This document shows, in pieces, positions 13,801-27,516 of a stretch of 64,000 nt of DNA. Under the pieces are notes generated by a model, which did not search any database, was not told the DNA's origin, and saw only the letters and a list, made by a program, of their open reading frames with translations. The position numbers were made by a program, and so were the translations under genes. Origin of the DNA: Mobula birostris (taxonomy: Eukaryota); the NCBI RefSeq assembly GCF_030028105.1, contig NC_092372.1, positions 26,912,034 through 26,976,033 of the forward strand. The letters are read 5' to 3'. Positions within the stretch are counted from its first letter, which is position 1. Every line of letters begins with the position of its first letter.

Positions 13801-15004
13801 AAAGCTCTAGCCTACAGAACTGCCACTCACTGGATGTTTTTTGTTTACCTCACCATTCCATAAAACCTATAGAGACTGTTGTGTGAAAATCTCAGGAGAT
13901 TAGCTCTTTCGGAGATATTCAAAACACTGTGTCTGGCACCAACAATCATTTCACAATCAAATTCACTTAGATCATATTTCTACCCCATTCTGATGTTTGG
14001 TCAGAACAACAACTGAACCTCTTGACATTGTCTGCATTCTTTATGTATTGAATTGCTGCCACATAATTGGCTGATTAGATATTTGCATTAATGAGGTTTG
14101 TAGCTGTACCAAATAAAGTGGCTACTAAGTGCATACTAACTACTAGACACATTCTTAAATCTTTGCTGGATCAGTATCCTGTTCTCGCTTGCTCAATGTC
14201 ATCATGGGAGCTTCCTGGGCAGTCTGACTGTAGTGCTCCAGGGACAAGATCTCCCAAACCTTAGCAGGTCAGGTGCAGACAGCCCATGCCCACTGGGCAC
14301 AAGAAGAGGTGGTTGTAGAGTTTATGGCATGGTGAAGATCATGTCTATGGTACCTCTAGACAGATTCAGGAAGCAGCACTTTGCTCATTGTATGGAGAGG
14401 ATCTGAGGGTGGATTTGGACAAAGAACGGGAAAAAAATCATTGAAATTACTAATTAGTTTAGCACACATTGTGGACCAAATAGCGTGTTGCTGTGCTGTA
14501 TGAGTCTTCCTGTTGTCTGCTACAAGGGAAGAACCACTTCTGATTTGGAGGTTGTCTTTCCCCATGGCAGACAGCACAAATTACAGTGAGGTAATCACCA
14601 TCAATTAGATCAATTCTTTAAAATGCTTTTTTGTAATTTGCACATTGCTGGCAGGGCCACCAATTATTGTCCAAATTGTCCCTGAGGTGGCAATGAAAAG
14701 ATTTTTAAAAAATAGCTTTATTTGCCACATGTTCATAAAACATCGAAACATACAGCGAAATGCATTGTGTCAACAACCAACATACTCTGAGGAGCAGCCT
14801 ATCACGACAGTTCTGGTACTGACATGGCATGCCCCTAACTTACATCTTTGGAATGTGGGAGGAAACTGAAGCACAGGAAGAAACCCCTGCAGTCGTGGGA
14901 GAACGTAGAAACTCCTTAAAGACTGCAGCGGGAATCAAACTCCTTTTGCTGGTACTATAAAGCTCTACATTACCTGACACCAAAGAGCTGCTTTCTTAGC
15001 CCTT

Positions 15005-15540
15005 AAGACATAGGAATACAATTAGGCCATTTGGTCCATTGAGCCTGCTGTACCAATCAATGGTGGCTATTTATTTACCTCTCAATCGCATTATCCTCCC
15101 TTCTCTATCCATAATCTTTGACACACTTACTAATCAAGAACTTATCAACCTCCACTTTAAATATACCCAATAATTTGATCTCCATTGTCATCTGTGGCAA
15201 TAGATTCCACAAGCTCACCATCTTCTGGCTTAGGAAATTAACACTTTGTCTCTGTTTCAAAGGGACATCCTTCTATTATGAGATGATGTCCTCTGGTCCC
15301 AGACTCACCCAATTGGAAACATTCTCTCCACATCCACTCTTTCAATATTCAGTAGGTTTCAATGAGATTGCACCTCTCATTATCCTAAACTCTGATGAAT
15401 ACAGGCCAAGAATCATCAAGTGCTCCTCAAGCATTCCCAGATCATTCTCATAAGCATCCTCTGGACCCTCTCCAATGGCAGCACATCCTTTCTCAGAAAT
15501 GGAGCCCAAAACTGCTCACAATATCCCAAGTGCGGTGTGG
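15005..15540 (-). mobile_element. CR1 LINE 3' fragment
   Basis: Same 3' ORF2/UTR pattern as 296-745. Confidence 0.8.
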
Positions 15541-16798
15541 TCAGGCCATTGCCTTGAATTACTCTGGGCCTTCAGCTGAATATATGCCAGACTGCTGCTA
15601 TGTAGGGAATTCCAACATTTAGAACCAGTGCTGATGAAACAACAACTACAAACTTCCAAGTCAGGATGGTGCATGACTTGGAGGGGAAGCTGCAAGTGGT
15701 ATTGCTTCTGTGCACCTGATGCCCTGAACCTTTTTGGTGGTAGAGATCAGAGATGTGGGAGGTACTGTCAAAATAACCAGGGTTGTAACTGTGATAATAT
15801 TTCATAGATGGCACAGGTTGCCAGTGGTGAAGGGAGATGACAGTGAGAGTTAATGGGCTGCTCTGTTTTGGATGGAGTTATTTTATGTTACTGTCGGATT
15901 TGTGCTTATTCAGACAAAAAGTCAATATTCCTTCCCACTTCTTGCAGATGGTACAAAGAGAATAACTTGCCATAGCATAGTCAGCCTCTGAACTGCTCCA
16001 GAGGCCGTGATATTTCCAGGACTGGTCCAGTATTTTTAAAAAATTTTTCTAGTTGAATTTATTGTCAGTAGTGACCCCTCAGCACATAGATGTGTAATGA
16101 CTCTGATGAAAACATCAGGCATAGGTGCGAGACTCTCCCTTCTTGCTAATGGTCATTGCTTGGTAAATGTGCAGCACCAATGTTCTTGCCCTTTACAAGC
16201 CATGTCGGAATGTCGTGGAGAACTTTTTGTACATGGACGTAATTTTTTTTTTTCCATTTGCTGTGGTGTTTAACATAGTCAAGTCTCTGGCACCCCTGGG
16301 TTCTTAGGTATGTCTCGCTCTTCCTATATCACAAAGATGTAAGAAGTGCTTTTTGAAAAAAATCATGAGAATTTCTGCACAGACACCATCGTTAAAATCA
16401 GCACATAATTGCTTTTGAGTGCAAGATCAAATGCCTCTCCATTTTCCATACTGTACTTCAAAAAGAAATGGGAGAATGAAAAACTAAAGAAGACAGGAAA
16501 AAAGGCAAAGAACCTACTGAAAGATGGATAATTATTTTTCTTTCACATAGTCTACACCTTTGGAATCATAGTCATAGAAAAGTACAGTCCATCTGATCCA
16601 TGCTGAAACTATTCAAACTGCCTACTCCCATTGACTTGCACCACGATCATAACCCTCCATACCTGTACCATCCATGTACCTATCCAATCTTCGCTTAAAC
16701 ATTGAAATCGAGCTTGCATGCACCGCGTGCTGGCAACTCATTCCACACTCTCACAACCCTCTGAGTGAAGAAGTTTCCCCTCACATTCCCCTTAAACT

Positions 16799-16924
16799 GA
16801 GTCCTGCCAAATGGTTTCAGCCTGAAACGTCGACTGTACTTTTTTCCACAGATACTGCCTGGCCTACAGAGTTCCTCCAGCATTTGCTCAGATTTCCACA
16901 TCTGCAGATTTTCTGTTGTTTCCA
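16799..16924 (+). mobile_element. Short Penelope-derived insert (decayed hammerhead unit)
   Basis: 8-bp TSD CTTAAACT (16791-16798 / 16925-16932); GTCCTG..A...CCTGAAACGTCGAC...ATCTGCAG. Confidence 0.7.
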
Positions 16925-17877
16925 CTTAAACTTTTCACCTTTCACCATAAACGCATAACCTCTGGCTGTAGTTCCACCCAACATCAGTGGAAAGAGCCTG
17001 CTTTCATATACCCTATCTATACCCCTCATCATTTTGTATAACTATCAAATCTCCTCTCAGTCTTCTACGTCCTAAGGAATAAAGTCCTAACTGATTCAAT
17101 CTTTCCTTATAACTCAGGTCCTCCAGATCCAGCAACATGCCTGTAATTTTCTCTGTACTCTTTCAACCTTATTTACATCCATCCTGTAGGTACTTGAACA
17201 AAACTGCACACAATACTCCAAATTAGGCCTTACCAATATCTTGTACAACTTCAACATAACTTCATCCCATCTTCTGTTCTCAATACTATGAAGATATGAA
17301 GATCAATGTGCCAAAAACTTTCTTCATAATCCTACTTACCAATGATGCCACTTTCAATGAATTATGGACCTGTATTTCCAGATCCCTTGTTTAATAACAC
17401 TCCTCAGTGCCCTACAGTTGACTTTGTAAGACCCACCCTGGTTGGTCCTATTGAAGTGTAACACCTCACATTTGTCTGCATTAAATTCCATCTGCCACTT
17501 TTTCAGTCCATTTTCCCAGCTGATCCAGATTCCTCTGCAAGCTATAATAGCCTTCCTCACCGTCCACTACATCCCCAATCTTTGTGTCATCTGCAAACGT
17601 GCTGATCTAGTTAACCACATTATCATTCACATTGTTGGTATAGATGGCAAACAGCAATGGACCCAGCACCGATCCCTGCAGCACTCCACGAGTCACAGGC
17701 CTCCAGTCAGTGAGGCAACCATCTACTACCACTCTCTAGCTTCTCTCTCAAAGCCAAAGTCTAATCCAGTTTACTAACTCATCTTGAATGCTGAGCGACT
17801 GGATCTTCTTGACCAACCTCCCATGCAGGACCCTATCAAATGCCTTGCTGAAGTCTGTGCAGACAACATTCACTTCA

Positions 17878-18091
17878 CACATCAAAGGTGCTGGTGAATG
17901 CAGTAGGCCAGGCAGCATCTCTAGGAAGAGGTAGTCGACATTTCAGGCCGAGACCCTTCGTCAGGATGAAGGGTCTCGGCCTGAAACGTCGACCGTATCT
18001 CTTCCTAGAGATGCTGCCTGGCCTGCTGCGTTCACCAGCAACTTTGATGTGTGTTGCTTGAATTTCCAGCATCTGCAGAATTCCTCGTGTT
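17878..18091. mobile_element. Fold-back Penelope-derived insert with hammerhead-like cores
   Basis: ~85-bp inverted arms centred near 17965; 13-bp TSD AACATTCACTTCA at 17865-17877 and 18092-18104; CTGACGA-AGGGTCTCGGCCT-GAAA on the minus strand. Confidence 0.8.
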
Positions 18092-19809
18092 AACATTCAC
18101 TTCATCTTTTTTCCTGGTAACTTACTCAAAAAAAAACTCTGAGATCAGTTAGACATGACCTACCATGCACAAAGCCATGCTGACTATCCTTAATCAGTCC
18201 ATGAATATCTAAGTACTTATATATCCGATCCCTTAACTTTCCCATTACTGATGTCAGACTCTACAGGCCTATAATTTCCTGGTTTATGTTTACAGCCTTT
18301 CTTAATCAGTGGAATAACATTATCCATCCTCCAATCTTCTGGTACTTCTCCCGTTGCTAAGAAAGATTAATTATCTCTGCTAAGGCCTCCGCCTACGGTC
18401 AGGTCCGAGGGACCACCTTGTCAGCCTCTGGAGATTTAGCCACCCTGATTTACCTCAGGACTGCAAACACCTCCTCTTCTGTAATCTGTAAGGGGTCTAT
18501 GAAGTTGATGCTGCCTTGCCACACTTCTATAAACTCTGTGAGTAAATAAAGATGCAAAAAAAAAATTAAAAGACCTCCCCCATCTGTTTTGGCTCTACAC
18601 ATGGATTCCAATTTTGATCTTCCAGAGCATCAATATTGTCCCTTGCAAACCTTTTGCTCTTAACATATCTGTAGAATCCCTTAGGATTCTCTTTCACCTT
18701 GTCTGCAGGGGCAACTTCATGCCTTCTTTGAGCTCTTCTGATTTCCTTTTTAAGTGTTCTCTTGCACTTCCTGTACTCCATAAGCATCTCATTTGTTCCT
18801 ATCTGCCTATGGCACTTTTTTTTCTTAGCCAGGGTCCTAATCTCCCTTGAAAACCAAGGTTCCCTACACTTATTATTGTTACTTTTTCATCTGACTGGTT
18901 TTGTACTCTCAAAATTTCACTTTTGAAGGCCTTCCACTTACCAAGTACACCTTTGCCAGAAAACAGCCCCACCTAATCCAGATCATGCCTGACACCATCA
19001 AAATTGGCCTATCTCCAATTTAGAATCTCAACCAGCAGTCTAGACCTGTTTTTTTTTGCATATTTTGAAACTAATGGCATTATGATCATTGTGATCAAAG
19101 TGTTCCCCTACACAAAATTCTTTCATCTGCCCTGTCTCAGTCCCAAATAGCAAATCAAGTATTGCACACTCTCTCGTTGGGACTTCTACATACTGATTAA
19201 GGAAACTTTCCTGAACACATTTGATAAACTCTATCCCATTTAGTCCTTTCACAGTATGGGAGTCCCAGTCAGTATGTGGAAAGTTAAAATCACCTACTAT
19301 AATAAGCTTATGGCAACTCTGCAAATTTGTTCCTCCAAATTCCTCGGATTGTTGGTGGTCTGTAATATAGCCCCATTAACGTGGTCATACCTTTCTTATT
19401 GCTCAGTCCCACCCATAACGCCTCACTAGAGGAGTTCTTCTGTGTCTTGATGGAGCACTGCCGTGACATTATCCCTGAGAAGTAATCCCTCCTGCTCTAA
19501 CACGTCTAAATCAACGGAACCCCGGAATACTGAGCTGCCAATCCTGCCCCTCCTGCAACCAAGTATCATTAATGGCTACAATATCATAAATCCAGGTGTT
19601 GATCCATGATCCATGCCCTGGGCTCATCCACCTTCTACGATACTTCCCGCACTTTCTGCGGAGCGCCTTTTCGCATTAAGAATTATATCACCAGGGCGGA
19701 ATTTAAAGCCACTGTCACATCGTTCCCACTTTCAACGCCATTCATTCATTGTATTTCACGTACTTAGGACGCGATTAAAGCACTGAATAAACTCACAGGC
19801 GCTCTGTAC

Positions 19810-19986
19810 CTTCAGCTCACTTAATGCCTCAGCCACTGGAACCACGGGATGCTCTCGGTGCGATCCCAGGATCACGCACTTGCTGCAAACTCTCAGCTTC
19901 TCCTGCTTGCAGAAGTACGCTAGCTTCTTGCCATGCTCGGCACACCTCCCCACTCCCGCCTCGGCCGCACCGGCACTCGCCTCCAT
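19810..19986 (-). CDS. TRIM-like gene (B-box/coiled-coil/PRY-SPRY, no RING), coding exon 1: B-box2
   Basis: MEASAGAAEAGVGRCAEHGKKLAYFCKQEKLRVCSKCVILGSHREHPVVPVAEALSELK has the B-box2 C-x2-H...C...C-x2-C...H-x2-H pattern; 177 nt, phase-0 donor AAG|GTACAG; in-frame TGA two codons upstream of the ATG. Confidence 0.88.
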
Positions 19987-20087
19987 CCTTCACCTCTGTC
20001 GACAACCGCAAACACTTTCGAAGTTCCCTTTCTTGGAGGGAGAAGTCACCCCTTTGGCGCCTCAATGCGGAAGAGGTCTTCTTCTTA

Positions 20088-20097
20088 GGAAAGTCCC
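20088..20097 (-). promoter_or_regulatory. Consensus NF-kappaB site upstream of the TRIM-like gene
   Basis: GGGACTTTCC (exact Ig-kappa kappaB sequence) about 100 bp 5' of the ATG, in a CpG-enriched non-repeat stretch. Confidence 0.6.
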
Positions 20098-21512
20098 GCC
20101 TTATTATTTAATCGACAGCAGAGCCAACCAACCAGAAATCAATTGATGAGACGCTAGAAAAAAGTTACCGATATCAAGAGATGAAAGCTGTCCAAACTTC
20201 CCCCCTCAATCTACGAGGTATCATTTTTCTGTTCCCAAACGGTAGATTATCTAATCATCTTTCAATACGGCTGCACTGAGTGAATGAGTTTGATTTCTCT
20301 CAAATATTAAATTAACCACCAGTCAAAATAACCGGGTTGTTCAGTTAGACAGATGCTGAAATCTGCAGGAAGTGCCGGATGAACTCAGTGGGTTAGGTAG
20401 TCCTAATGAAGGGTCTCGACCCGAAACGTCCACTCTCCTTCTCTGCCCCACCCCCCCACTGAATTCGTCCGGCGCTTTGATTTTCTTCAATTACAGTAAC
20501 ATCGATGTCTTAAGGCAGCATCTGTATAATCAAAATCAGCTTTAATATCATTGTCTTATACGACACGCTGTCTTGCAGCAGTAGTACAGTGCAAGGACAT
20601 AAATTCATTATGAATTACAAACTAAATAGCGCAGAAGGGAAAAGAACAACGATGCAGTGCTCAGGGACCTTTCAGAAATCTGAAGACGGAAGCGGGAAAA
20701 GAAGCTGTTCCTGAAATCGTTGAGTGTGAATCTTCAGGCTCTTGTACCCTTCCTGTTATCTGAGCCGATGAGTACATCCTACACTTCGTTATTTTATTCG
20801 GAGTTTTAGGGCTGGAGAATTAAGAATTTTGAGTTGAGAGTTGTAAAAGAAACGTGAGAAAGCAGACAAATCATTTATATCGCGTGCAAGTGAGCAGGCG
20901 GACATCCAGATATTGTTTAAACTCAACGACTACAATCAAGGCCTCCTAACTATCTGTTTGAATTCAGTTGAATGCTTCAGTTATCGTTTCTTAAATTAAT
21001 ATTATAGAAGGTATCATGTATCCTACAGCTCCGAGGGCTCCGCTGTGTCTCTCTCCTAACCAAATGGTACTGCCGTAAATTATCTTCACTTCAAAAGTTG
21101 ACGGACTAAATTGCTTGGAGACACAAGACTATAAGTGCAAGGTACAGTACTGATTTGCTGGGTCAGCTTCAGTAAGTCAAGCAGCATCTGTGCGAAGAAC
21201 GAAATTTACGTTTCGGGTCGGAACTATTTAGGGATCAGAGCTGAAACTGCTCCCCACCCTCGGGCCAATGTTGGTCGCCCCACTGAGCTCCTACAGCAGA
21301 TTATTTGTTTAATAAATTGTTGTTTTTAGCATTGATGAGATCAATTTAAGGCAAGGTAATTTTAAAGTTTATGGTGACAGGTTAAATCCACACTTCCCCG
21401 TATCTGTTCTGCAATTTTATTGTATCACTAATTAAAGCCTCTAATTTAGGCTTTACCGGCCTGCCTTAGTTTCATACCCATTAATAACCTCACCAAATAG
21501 TCAGCTACGTGT

Positions 21513-21815
21513 GGGCACGTGGCCAAGTGGTTAAGGCACTGGACTAGAGATCTGAAGGTTCTGCATTGGGGCCCAGGGGAGGGCCTGTGTTGTGGCCTTG
21601 AGCAAGGCACTTAACCACAGAGTGCTCTGCAATGACACTGGTATCAAGCTGTATTGGCCCTTGCCCTTCCCTTGGACAACATCGGTGTCGTGGAGAGGGG
21701 AGACGCAGCACGGGCAACTGCCAGTCTTCCATACAACCTTGCCCAGGCCTGCGCCCTGGAGAGTGAAGACGTTCCAGGCGCAGGTCCATGATCTCGCAAG
21801 ACTAATGGATGCCTT
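21513..21815 (+). mobile_element. tRNA-derived SINE
   Basis: tRNA-like head GGGCACGTGGCCAAGTGGTTAAGGC (A box) with a decayed B box, followed by ~230 bp of non-tRNA body. Confidence 0.7.
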
Positions 21816-24800
21816 TATTATTTAAACAGTCAGCTATCAACCTCAATTTTCACAATTTCAAACTGACTTACTTTGGGCCAAGGTTCAAAGTAAATTTTAT
21901 TATCAAAGTACAAGTCATCATATACACCCATGAGATTCATTTTCTTGTGGCCATAGTCAATCTACAGGCTAGTAACTATAACAGAATAAATGAAAGACCA
22001 CCCAACTAGGACATTCAACTAGAGTATAAAAGACAATAAAGTGTGCAAATGTGAATATAAATAAATAACAATAAATAAAGAGAACAAGAGATGAGTATCT
22101 GAAAGTTAGTCCATTGGTGTTGGCACATTTCAATGAAATGGGTTAAGTTTATGTAGTAAATCCTTCTAACCATTAGGTCTCCCAGCTAATTATCTACTGT
22201 GGCATTGTCAAGTATGGAAGACGGTAGCAATTGATCAGCAGCTTTAAGTTGTTGCATGCTAACTAAAATGAAAGCAGTACTGAACCAGGTAAGCACCAGG
22301 TCAGTGGTTCAATCAAGACTTTATTCTACAAACATTGCTTCAGCTAAGACAAAAACAACCATTAAAGAAAAGGAATGAATTACTTGAAGCAGATCTTTTT
22401 TTATTTTTATGTTCATTCCCACAAAATGCACAAATTGTTTAATTTTGCAAGACAAATGGTTTACAGTTTACTAATCTGTGACAGTTTCAAATAGACTAGG
22501 ATATAAATTAATATACGTATTTCATAAGGCCCTTGGTGATATTTCCATAAATCATTGACAAAACATTTTTTCAGCACAGTTAATTTTCTTTTACAGAGCA
22601 CATCATTAAAGCTTCAAACCACAGCATTTTGGGTTCATTAAAGCACAAAATTCAATTAACACAACTTAAAGAATGTTACTCTTGTACCATGTAAACTTTT
22701 CATTTTTGCACTCTTTACAAACATTTCCACATGGGAAATGTAAAAACATAATATTATTGGGCTCTGGATTAACTTTAGGAATGACAATTTATTAATTACA
22801 AACTCATTCAAAACAAATTGTACAACTTCATGGTACTTAATTCCTTCATGCCACTATAAAAAACAGAATAATTTAACTTTGAAATGTATATCTTTTAAAA
22901 ATCTAAATGGAATGCTAAGTGGAAGATCAATGTAGAATTCCTGAAGGTCCAATTCATTATAATCTGACATTTATGCCTTTTAAGTTCTGCAGTAAGGTGC
23001 TAGTCTGTTTCAGTCTCCAAGTTCAAATGCACAATATTAAACTGTATTTGAAGATACTCAGTCACAGAAACCTCAAGATGCAAACCAAGGCAAATTTACA
23101 GCTGCAGTACACAAAATGTTCCAAAATAATACTTTTCATGAATAAATCATTTTGTAGCTATTGCTGGTAGAATTATCACCATGATTCTCACTCAAATAAA
23201 TAATTAGGTTGTTTTAGAACTTCCACTGGTTTCCATCTTCATGATTTAGTTATTCTGTACAATTTAACCGTAGCTTGTAGTTAAGAATGCAAAATTCTGC
23301 ATACAAATTTTAAAATTCACCAATGCCTAGGGGACAAGGAAAAAAATAGTAATTTAATGTTTTTTCCAAATTTACATTGATTCTGTAAAGGGCTATTTAG
23401 AAAAAGATGAAAATTAGTACTAGCCTGTTGACCTTCCCAGTTTTTTTTTAAATTTGATTTTGTTTTTGTCAGATTCAAAGGCCTTTACTTATTGGACCTT
23501 AAAGAGCCATTATCCCACCATGATCTATGAAACTACGATCCTGTAAAATGGCTGTAATCCAACATATGGAGATTTCACTGAAATGACTTAATTATGACTG
23601 GCAGTAGAATAAAAATATTTTGTTTGAATTTAATTTGTCCTCTAATATTTAATGAATAAAAAAACTTTGCTGTAATGAAGATACCAAGAAAAAATATATA
23701 CCTTCTCCCATTACCTGCATCAACAAACAAGACCAAAGCAAAATCCTGCATCACTTGATTATATTTACCAGCTTTTGAACTAGGGCTCACGGGGAGAGAA
23801 AAGAGTAAAGTTGGTATCAAAGTCAATATCACATCAGCCACCATATTATAAGAACAGAAAAGGCTCAAGAAGCCCATCACTACCAGCTTAAAGTAATCAC
23901 TTATTTGAAGTTACATATTTAACATTGAAATTCCTCAATTTAAACACCTCTAATGCACCATTCAAAGTTTTCCATGGTCTTGGGAGCATCACTTTAGTTC
24001 AGACTATGAAGTTTGACTGTCTGTAGTAACAACAGTGTCAGTCAGTTAACAGCTGATCATTTAATTCAGTGAGTTACTTACTAGTAGGAAATATGTTTTT
24101 GTTTTAACTCCATACCAATGACAGTGGACAAAAAAACTTGCCTCCTCTTTTCTCAACCTCATCTGTCTGACTGTAACATATCAAACTGGCATTCTTTCAT
24201 CAAACAGGGCCAGGGGAGCTGTGATGATTTCGCCAATGACCAAATTTGCCAGGAACAGATTAAGGACCAGAGGCAAAGAGATTTAACAACAATCTAAAAT
24301 CCATTCCGAGCTTCCTTCTATCCCTCATCCTTTTCTTTCTGCAACTATTTATCAATCCCAACTCTCACCACTTCCCCAAACGCTGGGAATAGTTGTAGAT
24401 TTAACTGCCAGTCACCTCTAGACCAAACTCCTACTAACGAGCCAATGATTCCCAACTGGCTCAGGGTAAAATCAGAATCGGTGTCTAAACAGAGTAAAGC
24501 AAAGGACGTCCATACATGCAACTAGGAGCAAAGTTGTACGTGGTAAATAAAATTGTCGGATACTCCTTCCACTGGCTTCAATACAGTCATTGGAGCTGCA
24601 GTAGCAGTATGCAATACTGAACATTTGAGCATACAGGGGAAGCTTCCACAACAGTATCTCACCGGATCTCAGAATGAGTTTGTTGCTTGATCAGACACTG
24701 ATGCACGCACCAATCCTGCCCAACTTCAAAATGGAACCTCAGTGTCAACGAAGCAGCTGAAATCAGCATTATTGCAGAACAGAAATGAGAAGAAATATAA

Positions 24801-27516
24801 AACTGAACCAGGTGCTTATTAGAACAGAGACAATTTAATATTGGGATAATACCTCTAAGGATTAGTAACGATAAGCAGAAACCTTTGAGCCAGACCAAAA
24901 CAGATTAAAAAAAACCTGGGGAGGTCAAGAGCTTAATAATAACTTCCTTATATTTCTGAGAATAGCTTTTGATTTCAGTAAAAGGTAGTCACATTATTTT
25001 TACAGTTAATTTGTACAGTTTGTCACTTTGCTAACCAGATGTAGATGGTGTGCGCGCGCGCACCTCCAAAGCTGAGACATCCAACTTAAAACAAAATCTA
25101 CAATCTTATAGACTTATTTTCTACTTCCACAAACAAAATTATATTATTCTTTTCACTGACCCTAAACCAGAAGTAACACATCTTAGACAGAAGCTTTGCA
25201 GATTTCCATAAAGGTGAATTTAAACACACAAATCACTTAATACAACTTATTGCTCTTTTTGATAAAAGTTTTTCCCATCTACCTATTGAACCAAGGCAAA
25301 TTTATTAGTTGGTTACAATAACACACAAAAAAAAACAAAATCAACTGGCTATGCTTAACTAACTTTTAAAGATGCTTCTAGATTCATTCTAATATGTTGA
25401 ATCTACACCAGCAAAAAGGGGACTTTGTCTCAAAATACATTCACATTCCAAATCTTGACAGGAGCTCACTTAAAATATAGTTAGCTTTAATTTTCATAGA
25501 TATATTGTACTGCAAGAAAGTGTTTTTCTTAAAAGAGTACAGTGCATTTTGTATATGTTGGTGGTCTCCTTTAATGAATAAAAAAACATGCAAAAAAAGG
25601 AAATGTAAAATGTAGTATTTATTCAGTGAGAAGGACCTCTTCTGCAAGACACACTCCCTTTATTTAAAAAAAAGCATGAAGTAAAGGACACATTTGGGAA
25701 ATCTGATTCTTCATTATGCTTTTATCAGTGAATCCCTTCAAATACAACCGATGGTTGTGTAGTAAATCAAAAAGATCTATAATCGTGGAGGCAATCTTTA
25801 AAAAGGATTTTATTCCAAGATTTTAAATCTAGTTGTTCAAAAAAAAAAAATGGCTTTCCAACTCCCCAATCTCCTCAAATCAAGTCAAAAACCAAGTCAA
25901 ATTTATGGTAGTTGTATGAAGTTCATAACTAATTCTTAAAAACTGCAAAACAATGGGCATAGGACGGTTTTTCAACTTTATGCAAGGAATACATGTGACA
26001 TGGCACATCTAATGTTGCTTTAAATTGCACTATTGGACCACCAGAGATGAAAATATGATCATTCCAGATTTTCCACAGGTCAAGTATAAAAATAATTACT
26101 ATTGTTCTTGATAGTACTAATAGATATCCTCGATTGAAAATAAATTAACAGATGTAAATCCTCTACACAAGGAGCAATATTTCCACCCTTTTACTGCTGG
26201 CAGAAAAGAATCCACAAAGTAAATTATAAAATCAAATGAAATACAATCATTAGCACCATGACCAAAGCTGGACCTTTCCTGTAAATGAAAATCCAAACTG
26301 CAGATGCTGGAAATACCCAACATGAAGCTGTGGAAGGAGACTTAGTTTCAGGTCAGAGGCTCTTTGTAGGAACTGTCATGATGAAGGCTCTGATTTGAAA
26401 TGTTCCACATATTCTTTCTTGTTTTTCGTTCCACATATAATTTTTGATTTGCTGATTACTTCCAGCATTTTCTGTTTTTATTTAATGTTCACATGATTTT
26501 TACTTTCTTTTTTTAAACCAGCATTCAGTGAGAAATACAATTCTTCCTCTCTGATGCAAACATAGCTAAGCAAGTGGCTGGGCTGTCTAGAACCAGTAGC
26601 AGCAGCAAATGCAAGGATGATGTGCTTAAGAGCCCCATTCTCATGACATTTGCTGACCAAAATGGCCAGTTGACTTGAGCCAGCAATTCAGCCAGAAACA
26701 TCAACCAGTACAGCAGCCTTCCTTGAGACTTGAGGAGATGATAGAGGTAGTTACCCAGTGAACATTAGATTACTAATCTGGGATGTCACTGGCTGCCAAT
26801 AGAAAGTGAGTAAGAAAAATACCCATTTGCACAATTCCCAAAATTCAAAAAAAAGTCTTCCAGGTTTGCCTGCAGTCAAATTACACTTGACTTTTAGTAA
26901 TTATATATTCAAAGAGATTCTCATTATACATTACATCACACCACTTTGATGTACAAATGCATCAAAAATTGGACTTTCAGGATCAGGAATAATGATGAAC
27001 ACAATGAAGTTGTACAAGGTCCATTTGTTATAAGCACACCAATTTTAACTAATTAGGCTGCATTACCAGTCTGGTTATACCTGATTCAAAAATTAGATTC
27101 ACAGAAGTAAGAAGGTGGTCTTCAACCAACAGGTTCAGATCAAAGCAATATCACACTAAAACATGGTAATTTGAAGAGGTACAATAATCATGTTCAAAAT
27201 CCTGATTTCTCAATTTACCTTTCAAGATCATTCCAATAGATTTAATCAATGATTAATGTTTAAATTGGCTGTGCCCAACAAGAAAGATTATGCAAAAACT
27301 CAAATGTGAAGTTCTGTTTTTGTTTTTTGCAACAGTATTTGAAGTGATGATCTTCAGTAAAGGAAAAAGTTGGTATTTTCAAAACTTGGATTATACAAAT
27401 ATAAAGTTTTCAGGACTGATGGCATGGATATAACTTTCAACCCCATTAAGTAATGTAAACTGACATCAAACAGACACTTGTAATATTTAAAATTGCAAAT
27501 AAGTCTTCACTGAGCT

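Larger units (their letters stand above)
16565..19640 (-). mobile_element. CR1 LINE, 5'-truncated, with two Penelope-derived inserts
   Basis: VGDFNFP..DW, PTRECAILDL, KENPKGFYRYV, WQMEFNADKCEVLHF, RGNFFTQRVVRVWNELP. Confidence 0.9.

Noticed and set aside
17878-18091. CRISPR array, terminator or miRNA hairpin
   Set aside because: Eukaryotic dispersed repeat with a TSD; no repeat-spacer periodicity.
21513-21590. tRNA gene
   Set aside because: Decayed T-arm/B box, no terminator, continues into a SINE body.
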